Assembly (NCBI RefSeq): GCF_038025025.1 | Contig: NW_027117342.1 | Coordinates: 248,001 to 312,000 of the forward strand | Direction: 5' to 3' | DNA length: 64,000 nucleotides | Source of the DNA: Phyllosticta citribraziliensis | Taxonomy: Eukaryota | Part shown: positions 50,704 to 63,055 of the stretch, piece by piece | Layout of the letters: each line of letters opens with the position of its first letter | Position numbering within the stretch: the stretch's first letter is position 1 | Program-made: the position numbers and the translations under genes | The notes under the pieces: model-generated | Databases searched by the model: none | Seen by the model: only the letters and a program-made list of their open reading frames with translations | Told to the model about the DNA's origin: nothing

Positions 50704-51890
50704 CGGGCGAGACTCTTTTCAGGTCTTGTCTCGTCCCGAGACTTTTCACGAGTTTGTTCTTGCATGACATGTACGAAAAGCGACATTTGAGGGGGTTTTT
50801 GCAAACGAATGGCTTTATTGGTTCCTCTCTTTTTTTTCTTGATGGCGTTTTTTAGTTTGGAGGTCGGAGATGTAGCGACGGTGAGCCACTGCCGCCACTG
50901 ACTGCAATACACGAATCCTTTTCGGTTGCTCTGCTTTTTTTTTTTTTTTTTTTTTTTTTTTCCTTGGATCGATCTCTTCATCTGTACATATTTCCTTTGC
51001 GCGAAATGTGTGGGTTGGCACGTCTGGTCTGTTCATCTCTGGTTGGTGTTTATGCGCGTATCGTATCCAGTCAGCTAAGCTAGCTAGCTATGTAGCTGGA
51101 TGCATGGATGGGTGGATATGTAGGCAGTCGGTCGCTTTTTGCTTATTGCTTTTTTGCTTTTGATCCTTCCTGTTTTTGGCTTTGTTTTGCGTTGCGTTGC
51201 GTTGCGTTGACGGCCGGCCGGTTTGGTAGGGATGGAGGCAGGCGGCGACCTCCTTACTGTTTTCTCGTCTCTTGTCAGATATACCGCATGCAATTTCAAC
51301 AATTGTCCTGAAAGCTGAATGTCCTGTTCTGAATGTGACGTTGTTTACCTGGCTGTTGAGCGCGGAGAATTGGTACATTGGTGAGTCGGTGAATAAGTGA
51401 GTGTATTAAGGCAGTCAAGTCAGGTTTTTATCCTCTCTCGCGCCATGTGTACGGCTGCTCATCCATCCATCAAGTAGCAGTCCGAGTCTTGTCAATTCTT
51501 ATCACAAAAGAGAGAGACAAGACAGATACCTTTCACTTTCAGACTGTTTCTTGCATGTAATCTCTTTGCTTGTAATGCAGTTTCGGAAAAAGCTGATCGG
51601 ATAAAACTCCAGACGATGATGGCACGTGGCCCTCGGTATCTACCATGTACAAATGTGGATGGATGGATGTGTATGCTTGCGCTCACACTGCGCGCCGCTC
51701 CCGCTGCTACTCATGGGTAGGCAAGAAAGACAAGACAAGATGCAAAATCCTTCAAATCAAAAACAAAACAAGTCAAACAACAGGCTCGAAAGACAAAACG
51801 CCCCAAAACGCCCCGTTCCGCCCCGGCTCGCTAGAAATGCCACAGAAAGATCAAACAGCTCAATGAAAACACAACTCTTGTTTGACAGCT

Positions 51891-53131
51891 TTAGTCGTTG
51901 TAGTTGACAACGCCCGAGCCGTCCTTGGGGACAGGGGGCAAACCGTACTTGGCGCACAACTCCTCCTCCTGGCTCTTGCCGGTGGCAGCATCAAAGTACG
52001 GGCGCTCAGCCTGGCAGCAGACGCGCACGGCGTGGCGGCGATGCGGCGCGAAGCCGTAGCTAGCCGAGTGGTTGCAGATGCGGTTATCCCAGAAGGCGAC
52101 GTCGCCCTTGTTCCAGGAGAAGTTGGCGTGGGCCTCGTTGGTGGTGGCGATGAGCTCGTTGAGCAGCGAGATGACGTGGTCGCTCTCCGTCTTGGGCACG
52201 CCGACGATCTTGGTCACGAAGCCCGGGTTGTAGAAGATGGACTTCCACCCCGTCACCGGGTGCACGCGGACGAGCGGGTGCTCCGTCACGATGGGGTCGC
52301 GGCGGACGGCCCGGCCCATGGCTTTGGACCCGTCGGCTTGGATTTTGGCCGAGTGCAGCGCCGTCAGGCTCTCGAGGTACTTTTGCATGTGCGGCGATAG
52401 TGCGTCGTAGACGGCGTACTGCGACGACCACAGCGTGTTGCCGCCGCCGCCGCGAGGCGGGCCGGACAGCAGCTTCAGTGATGTGTACGAGGGTGGTTGC
52501 ACTTCGTAGGTGACCTGTTTGGCATTGGTAAGCGGGTGTGGCGACGAAGAGATGGGCTGGCACTTACGTCAGAGTGCCACAGGAAAGTGGGCGTGAAGAG
52601 CGAGCGCAGGTCCTTGTTGCCCTCGGTGTAGACGACGTGGACGTCCTCCAGGCCGGGACGCTGGGGAACAGAGGTGGTGGCGTGCTTGTGCAGCTGGCCA
52701 AAGTAGGCGCCCAGCTCGCGCTGGCTGTCAATGTCGAGATCGTCTTGGTCGCGGAAGAAGACGACGCCCCGGACGGCGATGAGGCGGGCCAGGTCGTTCT
52801 TTTGCGCATCGGTGAGCTGCGAGAGCTTCACGCCGTGGATCTCGGTGCCGATCTTGGGGTTGTAGTCGAACACGTCCGTGGCCGACGCCAGCAGGTTGCG
52901 GAACTGCGGATCGCCCTTAATGCCCTTGTCCTCGTAGGGGATGGGCCCGAGATCCGGCCAATGGACGTCGGGGAAGCGCGGCTTGAGGTCGTCATATTCG
53001 TACGTCTCGTGCTTCTCGACGACGGTCCGGCCGGGCTCGTAGTTGAGGACGTTGGACTTGGTAGCCAGCGGCTTGGCGGGCTTGGTGTCGGTGATTTGGG
53101 AAACAGGGTCCTCTTGCAGATAAGGAGCCAT
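51891..53131 (-). CDS. Fe(II)/alpha-ketoglutarate-dependent sulfonate dioxygenase (TauD/Jlp1 family)
   Basis: Exons 53131-52568 and 52514-51891. Motifs RGVVFFRDQ, WHSDVTYE (HxD), GGNTLW, HPLVRVHPVTG and WDNRICNH. Confidence 0.93.
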
Positions 53132-53629
53132 GGCGGACGAGTAAAATGGCAGGATAGCAAGAAGGGAGTGGGACTTTTAGGCAGACAGATAGGCAGAGTG
53201 AAAGGATGGTGTGCTTGAATGACTCTCTTTGAAGACGCAGACGGGCTCTTTATTATAACGCTCGGAGTTATTAAGAGAAGGCAAAGCAATGAGTGACATC
53301 GGGAAGGGATGTTGCGCGATGAGCCGTGGCCAGCACCTCATCTTGCGACAAAGGCCGGCCAGCACAGCGTTTCGACTCAGACTTGGTCTGCACTGTTCAT
53401 GTCAGGTCCGAATCGGGCTGAGAGGAGCTGCCGTGGATAGCTGCGCGGCGCGAGAGCGGGCAGGAGAGGAGGCTGGACGCGCGGAACAAGCGAGGCATGT
53501 TTGAGCGGTGCATGACGCTGGCGCAGAGGCACGCAAGCGTCCAAACGCGCGTAACGGGGCTGGACGATGTCTTGAGGGTCGTGGGATGTGGTTGAAGCTT
53601 CCCCAGACGATGCGCTCCGGGAAGCTCGC

Positions 53630-55240
53630 CTATTGGCCAGCTAGGCCCGAAGGGGAAACCCAGCACGCAATCACGCAATCGCCCTGCAAGATGGCATTAG
53701 AAGGCGAAACACCAACGTCGCCGTCATCAACCTCATCTTCATTTCCCCCGACTGCGGGTGCCAGCCTCACCCGATCACTCTGCGCCGCTGCCCCTGAACC
53801 CCCTGGATTACCTAACCCCAGATAACCTCCTTCTTGATCATTTCGATCAACTTCCAACGCGGCCATCATGCGTCCATCACACCGCCCGGTCACTCCCCTT
53901 TGCAGATCCTCCGCTTCTGGGGCTCTGACGTCCCTGAGTTCCTCTTTCCATGTGGGGACTGCCGCCTGAAACCATGCGACTACATGCCTCCGACCATCGG
54001 CTGCAGCGAGAGAGCGTTGTCGCTGTCGCCACGAAAACGCTGGAACGGCCTTGTGTTACTGACGTGCCCGCTACCCTGCCGCACGTATTCGACCAGTGCA
54101 CCCGGGAGATGCTTGGAAATAGAAACAAAGAGAAGGGGCGTTGTGACGTGCCACCATCATCTTCCTCGAAGCGCTTCTACCTCGCAAGGGTCGGCACACA
54201 AGAAGCATCCATCTCTGTGGCTTACCGCTTGAGTGCTCCTTGTTCCTGTCCGCAAAGACGTTTCACTGTGCATGCATGGCCATTCTCTCGCCGTGGCAGC
54301 TGAATGCTTCTAGTCAGGAGACCTTGTCAGGGATGCACAGGTAAAGTAAGGAGAAGAAAGAGAAAGAAACCGAAACAAAGAACTGAGGGCTGCCGATGAA
54401 AAGAAACAGTCCTGGGCTCACCCGGCGTCTTGCCATCTGACTTGTTCCCCTATTCTTTATCTGGGTGATGTAGAGATGTATATGGAACCTTCATTGCTTG
54501 CTACAGCTGCGCTTAGGAAGCAGTCGTCCATTGCCGCAGCCAGACCCGGGGAGTCGATGGACGAGTCAAGTCGACGTCCATCGTTACAGGCCGCTGAAAA
54601 AAGAAAAACAAGTTGCACCTAGCAGCTAGCCCTGGCCTTGGGCTGAGCCCTCTCCGGGTGAAGATCAGCAATGAACTTCAGCATGGTTTCGATCTCGGGG
54701 TAAGCAACTCCCATCTCGTCCATCTTGTCAACGAGTTTGATGAATGCCTCCATGTAACCCACATCGCCCTACCACGAAGCTACAACGTGTCCGTCATGCG
54801 GCTGGCCGTCTCTTGGAGCCGAGGCTGGCTTTCGTCGATGAGGAACGTGCGGAAGCCGCTCATGCTGACCGCCAGCGTTTTGACGTGCATAGGAGTGGCA
54901 CGACCTCTTGAGGTCCACATTCAGAATGTACTGCTGTCCGAGTTTGCCGACCGGGGGCAGCGATCCGTCCTCGAGTCTTTCTTGTTCGAGGCGAGATTGA
55001 TTGATGAGAGGGACGGACACCGTGGAAATGATTCCGCCATTTTCTTGCCTTGCCACGCTTGGTCTTCTTGTTGAGTTTGTTTTCTGCGGCTTCGAGCTCA
55101 TTGTAGCCTGGGACCGACCGCTTGCGTCCGTGTCGATTGACTGAAGAAAGAGAGGAGTCTACCAAGGGATGCTCCGTGTTGCAATGAACTCAGTGATGAG
55201 GAACATGGCAAGGTCAAGCGAGAGAGGAGTAACGGTAGCA
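53630..55240 (-). pseudogene. Possible decayed coding sequence of unknown family
   Basis: Protein-like segments separated by stops and frameshifts, e.g. MHVKTLAVSMSGFRTFLIDESQPRLQETASRMTDTL* and GDVGYMEAFIKLVDKMDEMGVAYPEIETMLKFIADLHPE. No recognisable motif. Confidence 0.25.
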
Positions 55241-56301
55241 GGCCGACAGTAAGAGGCGAGACTGGTAAACGAAATCCCCTCTCACAGGATTCAAGTGAGA
55301 TGCTGCGCAACGAAGCCTACTTCGACATCGACGATTCTAGACGTCCTCCCTGTGCCCTTGATCGAAACATTGGCTACCGCCTCGGCATCGCGGCGAACCC
55401 AAATTTCATGGCGCTCGAGGCCCTTCGCAAACAAGTTGACGCGAACCACAAAGATGCCATGGCTGCGATCGCATCCTTGGGCGGTCCTGCTCGGTTGGCT
55501 GGGCTGGCAGCTACCGCGCGCTTCTATCCTCGCCGCTTGACAGCTGACCTTGAGCACGAGTCTGCTCCTCTCTCTCGTTTGGCCTTGGAGTCGGAAAGGA
55601 GCGCAACGTCTGACAGGCAGTCAAGAAACAAAGCCTGTTCGATGCACTGCTCCACGTCGCTGTGATGTCGTCGTGAGATGCTTCAAATCGAAGAAAATAT
55701 CAAAGCACACTTTTTAGCCAACGCACAAAGGGGAAAATATAAGTCGAACAAATCTCATTCTCTAAACAAGGTAGGTACTTTTCTCCCCATCTGCACTCCT
55801 CTCAACCTGAGGTGGAGCGTTCCGTGTGCCAAAACGCTGCAGAATCCCCGAAGGAAAACAGCCAGCCAGCCAGTCGACTGACTCACTGCCGTTCCGTCAA
55901 CCATCTGGACATCGAGTCGCCTATCGAATGAAGCCGAGGTCTTAATGGTCGGTCGGTCGACCATTGAGATCAGGGTTCGTCGTGTCTTTCTTTCTCTTTC
56001 TCTCTGATTAAGAATCATGTTGCCGCTTCCCTTCCCTTGTCTCCTCATCCATCTCATCCACTCCATCCATTATACCTTCCACAAACAACAGACAACAAAC
56101 AACCAGTCAACCAGTCAGCCCCAAACGCAACGAACGCAACAAAAAACGCAAAAGAACCCCACGACAAAGGCAAAGCCCCCTTCCCGCGCACCAAGAGGTC
56201 GCGATGATAATCGACCTCTGCAGCTGCCCCCTGCTCTGCCTGTACATGTTTGTGTTGTTTGTGAGGGATTAGGGATTAAGGATTAGGGAAAGAAGAGGAA
56301 G

Positions 56302-56710
56302 CAGTGTGTGCCATGCCATGGCACGCCATGCCAGACCAGGCGGCGTAGGCCAAGCTGGGCTAAGCAAAGCTGCGAGGCTGTCGGGTACCTCGCCGCCTTG
56401 CCGCTGCCTTGCCGCTGCCTCGCTGATGCCGAGCCGGAGGCGTTGCGTGGCGGCTAGACACTATTACTGCTGCTGCTGCTCCTGAGATTACAGGTACTGC
56501 TAGTATTACAGGTACGTGTAAATAGCCAGTGTGTGCCATGCCAGACTATGCCATGCCATGCCAGACCAGGCGGCGTAGGCTAAGCTGGGCTGCGAAGGCT
56601 GCGAGGCTGTCGGGTACCTCGCCGCCTTGCCGCTGCCTTGCCGCTGCCTCGCTGTTGCCGAGTCGGAGGCGTGGCGTGTCGTCTAGGCACTACCACTGCT
56701 GCTGTGATTA
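56302..56710. repeat. Diverged tandem duplication of a ~185-bp GC-rich unit (period 225 bp)
   Basis: Copies at about 56302-56490 and 56527-56710 share the core GCTGCGAGGCTGTCGGGTACCTCGCCGCCTTGCCGCTGCCTTGCCGCTGCCTCGCTG. Confidence 0.9.
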
Positions 56711-57231
56711 AATAAAGGGTGATAAGAAGCCGCTGCCGCTGCCAGCTGCAGCGCTTGCGTATATTACTCCACAAACAACAACTCGCCCGTCGACGGCCCG
56801 ATTATAATGGCCGTCTGTCTGGCTGCTCGGCTCCGCGCCGTTGGTGCGCGGGGAGGGTGCGTGTGTGCGCGCGTTCGTGGGGTGGGTGTGTAATTGGATT
56901 AATGTGAAGTGAAGTATAGTCGGGTTGCGGAGCTGCTGTGTCCAGGTGGTGTCGTGGTTTGTCGTGGAGAGATGGATGGATGGATCCATGGATGGACGGC
57001 GAGGAGGAGGAAGAGGAAGCGGAGCGAGGTTTTGAGAGATATCTCTAGAGAGATAGAGAAAGAGATAGAAAGAGATTCAAGGCGTACTTTTATTCCGAGA
57101 AGACCTCGAGACGGACGAGCGCGCAGGCGACTGACTGCCCTGCCCCTCGGAGACGCAAAACACGGAAAACGACGATTAAACATTAAAGAAAGCTTTTCTT
57201 TTGGTGGTTAGTATAGTCCGTCAACGACCGC

Positions 57232-60200
57232 CTAGAAGGCCAGGGCCAGCATGACGATCGGTGCGAGCACCAGCGACATGGAAGTCGCCGAGCTCAGCTT
57301 GACGGCCGCCGATCTCTTGCCGTCCGTCTTGATCGGCTCGTCCGACGGCAGGTCGGAGCTGGAGGGCAGGTCGGCGGGGACGGGCATGACGCCGGACGGG
57401 TTGACGTCCTTTGCCGCAATGTGGCCGTCGGCCTCTTGCACCATCATCACGACGGGCTGGGGCGTGGCGGCGGCCATGATTCCGTGTCCAAAGTGGAAGC
57501 GGTCGCCATGCGTGAAGGTGAAGGGAGCTGGAGTTGGCTGAGCGGGCTGAATATCCGGCGTGGGCACGCTGTCCCGCTTCTTGTGGGTCACGCTGGTCGT
57601 CGGCGTACCTGTCACGACGTCGACCCTGGAGTAGGGCCACTGGAAGCCTCTTTCGCAGCTGAGGCACTTGGAGTCGCCGAACGTGTACCAGCCCTCGGAC
57701 CGCTCCTTGTTGAACCACTTGGCGCCCCTCACGTTGATCTGCATCATGCGGTCCTTGTCCTTCCTGTCAAGCGGCGGCGCCACGAACCTGCCGTTGAACT
57801 GCACCGGGATGATGAAGCACTTGCGGCAGAACTTGACAAAGTACACGCTGTGGTCGAATGGATTCGGCGCGTACACGTTGATCTGATCGCGGTTGAACTT
57901 GTCGAGGATCCCGCGGGGAAGCACATCGTGGACGGGCCTGTATCCAACGGGCACCTTGTGCGCTTGGCGGGACAGCAAGTGCTTGGGGTTCCTCTTGCCT
58001 TTGCAGCCAGGTCCGCAGTCGCCCGCCGAGTTGATGTAGTAGTTGCCGTCCACCAGGATTACGTTGACCGTGTTGTTGGTGCCCTCGACCTGGATGGGAG
58101 CGTAGAACTGGCTATCCTTGCCCTTCTTCGGCGTGTGGTGCGGCGCCGACGGGCCCGTCTTGGTCTTGTGCGGCCGGCCGCCCTTGGTGACGGTCACGAC
58201 CTTTGGTGTAGCCGTCACCGTAATGTAGACGGGCGAGTACGTCGACGTAGTCTGGACGATGACGACCGTCGACGACGACGCCACGGGGATGACGGTCGAC
58301 GAGGAGCCGACGATAATCGGAATCGACGAGGCTGAGACCAAGACGGTCGAAGACGTGACTACGACTGGGACGGGGGTGGACGAAGTGATGATGACTGGTG
58401 TGGGCTTCGCCGAACTGGGTTTCGGATGGCTGTGGGGGGGCTTTGGATGGCTGTGGATTTCCGATGGCTTTGCGGGACCCTTGCTCGACGCGGGATCGAC
58501 GACCACGGTGTGTGTAATGAAGTGGATCGACGAATGCGAATGATGCGACTTCGAGGGGGTAGGCTTAGGACCAGGGGTAACCGACTTTCCGGGGGTGGAC
58601 TGTGGTTGTTTAGAACTAGGTGAGGATGACTTGCCAGGCGTGGAAAGCGGTGCTTTAGAACTAGTTTTACCTGGAGTCGAGATTGGTGGACGCGGGCCGC
58701 GGCTCGATTGTGTGATAGGTCTCTTGCTTGAAGGTGTGACTGGCTTCTTGCTGGACGGTCCAACAACAACCGTTGAAGTAACAACCGGCTTGGGAGTAGA
58801 TTGCGTTGGGCGCGGGCCGGGGCTGGTAGGTGTGATCGGTCGTTTACTTGAAGGTGTGCCTGGTCGTCTGCTTGAAAACGTAATGGGTCTCTTGCTCGAG
58901 GGCGTGCCTGGCTTCTTGCTCGAGGGACTGACGACCACAGTGGACGTCACCACGGGTGCCTTAGACGATGGGGTAGCAGGGCGCTGAGATGATGGGGTAC
59001 CCGGCCGCTTAGACGAGGGGGTGCCAGGGCGCTTAGAAGATGGGGTACCGGGGCGCTTAGAAGTCGGGGTAGGCGTAATTGGCCTCTTGCTCGTGGGGCT
59101 GACAATGACCGTCGACGTCACCACGGGAGCTTTAGACGACGGGGTAGCAGGGCGCTGAGATGAGGGAGTCCCGGGGCGCTTAGAAGATGGGGTACTGGGG
59201 CGCTTGGAAGATGGGGTGCCAGGGCGCTTGGAAGACGGCCGAATGGGTGAAGAAGCAGGTGTAGAAACTCCACCGCGGCTCGTAGGAGCGACGACGACCG
59301 TCGACGTCACAACGGGTCCCTTGGACGACGGGGTAGCAGGACGCTGAGACGATGGGGTACCCGGCCGCTTAGATGAGGGCGTGCCTGGTCGCTTTGAAGA
59401 CGGAGTGCCCGGCGGCTTGGAAGACGGCCGAATTGGCGTGGAAACACCACCGTTGCTCGTGGGCGGAATTGGCCTCTTGCTTGTGGGAGTGACGATGACA
59501 GTCGACGTCACAACGGGTGCCTTTGAAGACGGGGTGCCTGGCAATTTCGACGAGGGCGTGCCAGGCAACTTAGAAGAAGGAGTGCCTGGTCGCTTTGAAG
59601 AGGGTGTGCCAGGGCGCTTGGAAGACGGCCTGATTGGAGTAGAAACGCCTCCGCGGCTCGTGGGCGTGGGCGGAATTGGCCTCTTGCTTGATGGGCTCAC
59701 CACAACTGTCGAAGTGACGACGGGCCCCTTCGAAGACGGGGTGCCCGGCAACTTAGACGAGGGTGTGCCAGGCAACTTAGAAGAGGGCGTTCCTGGGCGC
59801 TTCGAAGACAGAGAGAACGGGGGGCGAGGGCCGTGGCTCGTAGATGGCTTCACGGGGCCTTTAGTAGGACTGACAACGACCGTCGAAGTCACAACGGGTC
59901 CTTTCGAAGATTGGGTGCCGGGCAACTTAGAAGAGGGAGTGCCTGGGCGCTTCGAAGACGGGCGAACGGGAGTCGAAACCGGACGGCTCGAGGGCGTCAC
60001 TGGCCGCGAAGACGGGCGGACCGGTGTGGAGACTGGACGACTTGAGGGTGTAACTGGCCGCGAAGACGGGCGGACGGGAGTCGAAACCGGACGGCTCGAG
60101 GGCGTCACCGGCCGCGACGATGGGCGGACGGGGGTCGAAACCGGACGACTCGAGGGCGTCACGGGCCGTTTGCTAGAGGGGCTAACGGGACCAGGGCCTT

Positions 60201-63055
60201 TGCTTGAGGGGGTGACAACGACGGTCGAAGTCACGACGGGTCCCTTTGAAGATGGGGTGCCAGGAGCTTTGCTAGAAGGACGACCCGAGGGCGTCACTGG
60301 CCGCGAGGACTTTCCAGGGGTGGGGAAGGGACGCGAAGATGGCCGGACGGGAGTGGAGACTGGACGACTCGAGGGCGTCACTGGCTTCTTGCTTGAGGGG
60401 CTGACAACGACCGTCGACGTGACAACCGGTGGCTTCGAAGACGGCCGGACCGGAGTGGAGACCGGGCGGCTGGAGGGCGTCACTGGCCGCGACGACTTTC
60501 CAGGGGTGGGAAAGGGACGCGAAGATGGCCGAACGGGCGTGGAAACCGGACGACTCGAGGGCGTCACTGGCTTCTTGCTCGAGGGACTAACGGGGCCAGG
60601 GCCTTTGCTTGAAGGGGGGACAACGACCGTCGACGTGACAACCGGTCCCTTCGAAGATGGCCGGACCGGAGTGGAGACCGGGCGGCTCGAGGGCGTCACT
60701 GGACGCGAGGACTTTCCAGGGGTGGGAAATGGACGCGAAGACTTCCCAGGGGTAGGACGAGAAGACTTTCCGGGCGTCGGAACCGCTGATTTCGACGGGC
60801 TAACGACGACCGTAGACGTGACGACCGGTGGCTTAGAGCTCGGGGTCAGTGGGCGCGAAGACTTCCCAGGGGTGGGAAGAGAACTCTTTCCGGGCGTGGG
60901 ACGGGAAGATTTTCCGGGCGTGGGAACGGAAGATTTTCCAGGCGTCGGCACCGACGATTTGCCTGGGGTGGGTTTGGAGATCGGGGTCACTGGACGCGAG
61001 GACTTGCCCGGAGTGGGACGAGACGACTTTCCAGGCGTCGGAACCACTGATTTTGACGGGCTAACCACGACAGTCGACGTGACAACCGGTGCCTTTGAGC
61101 TCGGGGTCAATGGACGCGAAGACTTTCCGGGGGTGGGGCGGGAAGATCTTCCAGGGGTAGGAAGAGAACTCTTTCCAGGGGTGGGACGGGAACTCTTTCC
61201 AGGGGTAGGAAGAGAACTCTTTCCAGGGGTAGGAAGAGAGCTCTTTCCAGGAGTAGGGCGGGAGCTCTTTCCAGGGGTAGGAACAGAACTCTTACCAGGC
61301 GTCGGCAGCGACGACTTGCCCGGCGTAGGCCGCGAGCTAGGACGAGGTCCGGGGCCACGCGAGCTGGACGGGGTGATGGTGGATCTCGGCGGGGGAACGT
61401 AGGTCGTCGGGGTGATGAAGGGACGGCTGCTGCTGGAGAGCTTGGTCGTCGAGACGGGGCGCGGAGCCGGCATCGACCCCGACGTGTGGTGGACCCAGTC
61501 GTGGCACGAGGCAGACGACGCGTCCTTGCCGTCGCAGCACTTGGTGCAGCTGCTCGTGGGCGTCAAGCGGCCAGGGGTGGGCGTCTTGTCGGGGATGACG
61601 ACGTACTTCTTCCTCAGGGCCCGCGCACTCCAGAAAGGTGCGCCTGCGTAGTATGTCCTGTGCGTGCTGCCGTCGGCCACCATGCCGCAGTCCAATGTGT
61701 TGGGGACATAGGTCACGCCGTGACATTTGTCGTTCATGCTGCAGCGCTCCATGCAGCCCTCAAAGTCTTGAGTGACGGCGCGGTCAATGTAATCGGCCGC
61801 TGCGTAAGAAACGCTGCACTCAATCGTGTACTCGTCGCCTTCAACGGGAGAGTAGCGGTCTCCACCGTCTTCCGGGCACCGTTGTCCATGAGAGTGGTGC
61901 TTGCCACCATGTTTTCCAGTGCTCGACGCAGCAGGAGGAGCAGGTTTTGAAGACTGGCCAAGCGTCCTGGTCACCAAGACGGTAGACTGCTTCGAGGACT
62001 GAGGTGATGGCTTCTTTGTTGAAGTGACGACCTTGGTAGAGGGCCGAGGGGTCTCTGGGCGCTTTGTTGAAGTCACCACCTTCGTAGAGGGCCGAGGGGT
62101 CTCTGGGCGTTTTGTAGAAGTCACCACCTTCGTCGAAGGCCGGGGAGTCTCCGGACGCCTTGTCGAAGTCACCACCTTGGTCGAAGGTTCCGCACGGCGC
62201 GTCGAAGTGACGACCTTGGTAGAAGGACGAGGAGTCTGTGGGCGCCTGGTCGACGTGACGATGACCGTGGAGTGGCCATGGTGGCCAGGGGAGCTACTCG
62301 CGCCCTTGACGGAAGTGACAATGACGGTAGAGTGGCCATGCTGGCTCGAGGAACTCGGACGCTTGACTGATGTGACAACAACTGTAGAGTGGCCGTGGTG
62401 AGTCGATGAGCTCGGGCGCTTGACCGAAGTGACCACGACGGTCGAGGGAGTGAGCGGGCGCTTGGTAGAAGTGACCAAAACAGTCGAAGGAGTGAGCGGC
62501 CGCTTGGTAGAGGTGACCAGGATCGTCGAGGGGGTAAGGGGGCGCTGTGTCGAAGTCACGACGACAGTCTGGGCGCGTCTCGCATTCCAGAAAGCCGGGT
62601 CACGGACGACGGGCCTGATGGTCTTCTTGAGGTGGCACGTCTTGGAAGCAGAGTTCCATGAGGCGTCGACGCAGCCGGGCTCCTTGTCACAGCGGTCGAC
62701 GCACTCTGAGAAGCCAATGTTCTTCACCGTCGTCGAGGGGTCGTTGTGGACCGGGGGACGGTGAAGTCCACACTCGACGACGTATGGAATGTTTGCATTG
62801 GACCTCTGCGTCGTACCATTGTACGCCGGACAGGCTTGGCTAGGCTGAGAGATACATGTCAGCGGGAAGGAACTGAAGAGGATGAGACGAACTTACCACG
62901 GCCATGGTATCCATGATGTCCAGGTTGTCCATGGCGTTCATGGTGTCGAATGCTGGGAACATTAAATTGTCCGCGTCGACATTATGTGGTCTAGCAAAGA
63001 CAGCAGATGGCCTCAGAGCCATAAGGCCCAAGGCCACCACGCCGAGAGATAACAT
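57232..63055 (-). CDS. ~1,920-aa secreted, putatively GPI-anchored surface protein with two PAN/Apple-like domains and a long basic Pro/Ser/Thr repeat stalk
   Basis: Exon 1 63055-62897 encodes the signal peptide MLSLGVVALGLMALRPSAVFA. Intron 62896-62845. Exon 2 62844-57232. Cys modules CPAYNG..YVVECG..CVDRCDKEPGC..CHLK and CPEDGG..YTIECS..CMERCSMNDKC..CGM. Hydrophobic C-terminus SAAVKLSSATSMSLVLAPIVMLALAF. Confidence 0.85.
58600..62560 (-). repeat. Intragenic coding tandem repeats
   Basis: Blocks of PTPGKSS(R/L/V), PVTPSSRPVSTPVRPSSR, PGTPSSKR and PETPRPSTKVVTSTKR, punctuated by PVVTSTVVVSP. Third codon positions vary between copies. Confidence 0.92.

Noticed and set aside
56265..56288. Interstitial telomere
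   Set aside because: Only about three imperfect 7-nt TTAGGGA units, and the intergenic DNA here is rich in simple repeats.
57232..62727. Kex2-processed repeat (KEP/RiPP) precursor
   Set aside because: The repeat KR sites are followed by Pro, the protein has a GPI-like tail, and no DUF3328 or other tailoring genes are in the window.
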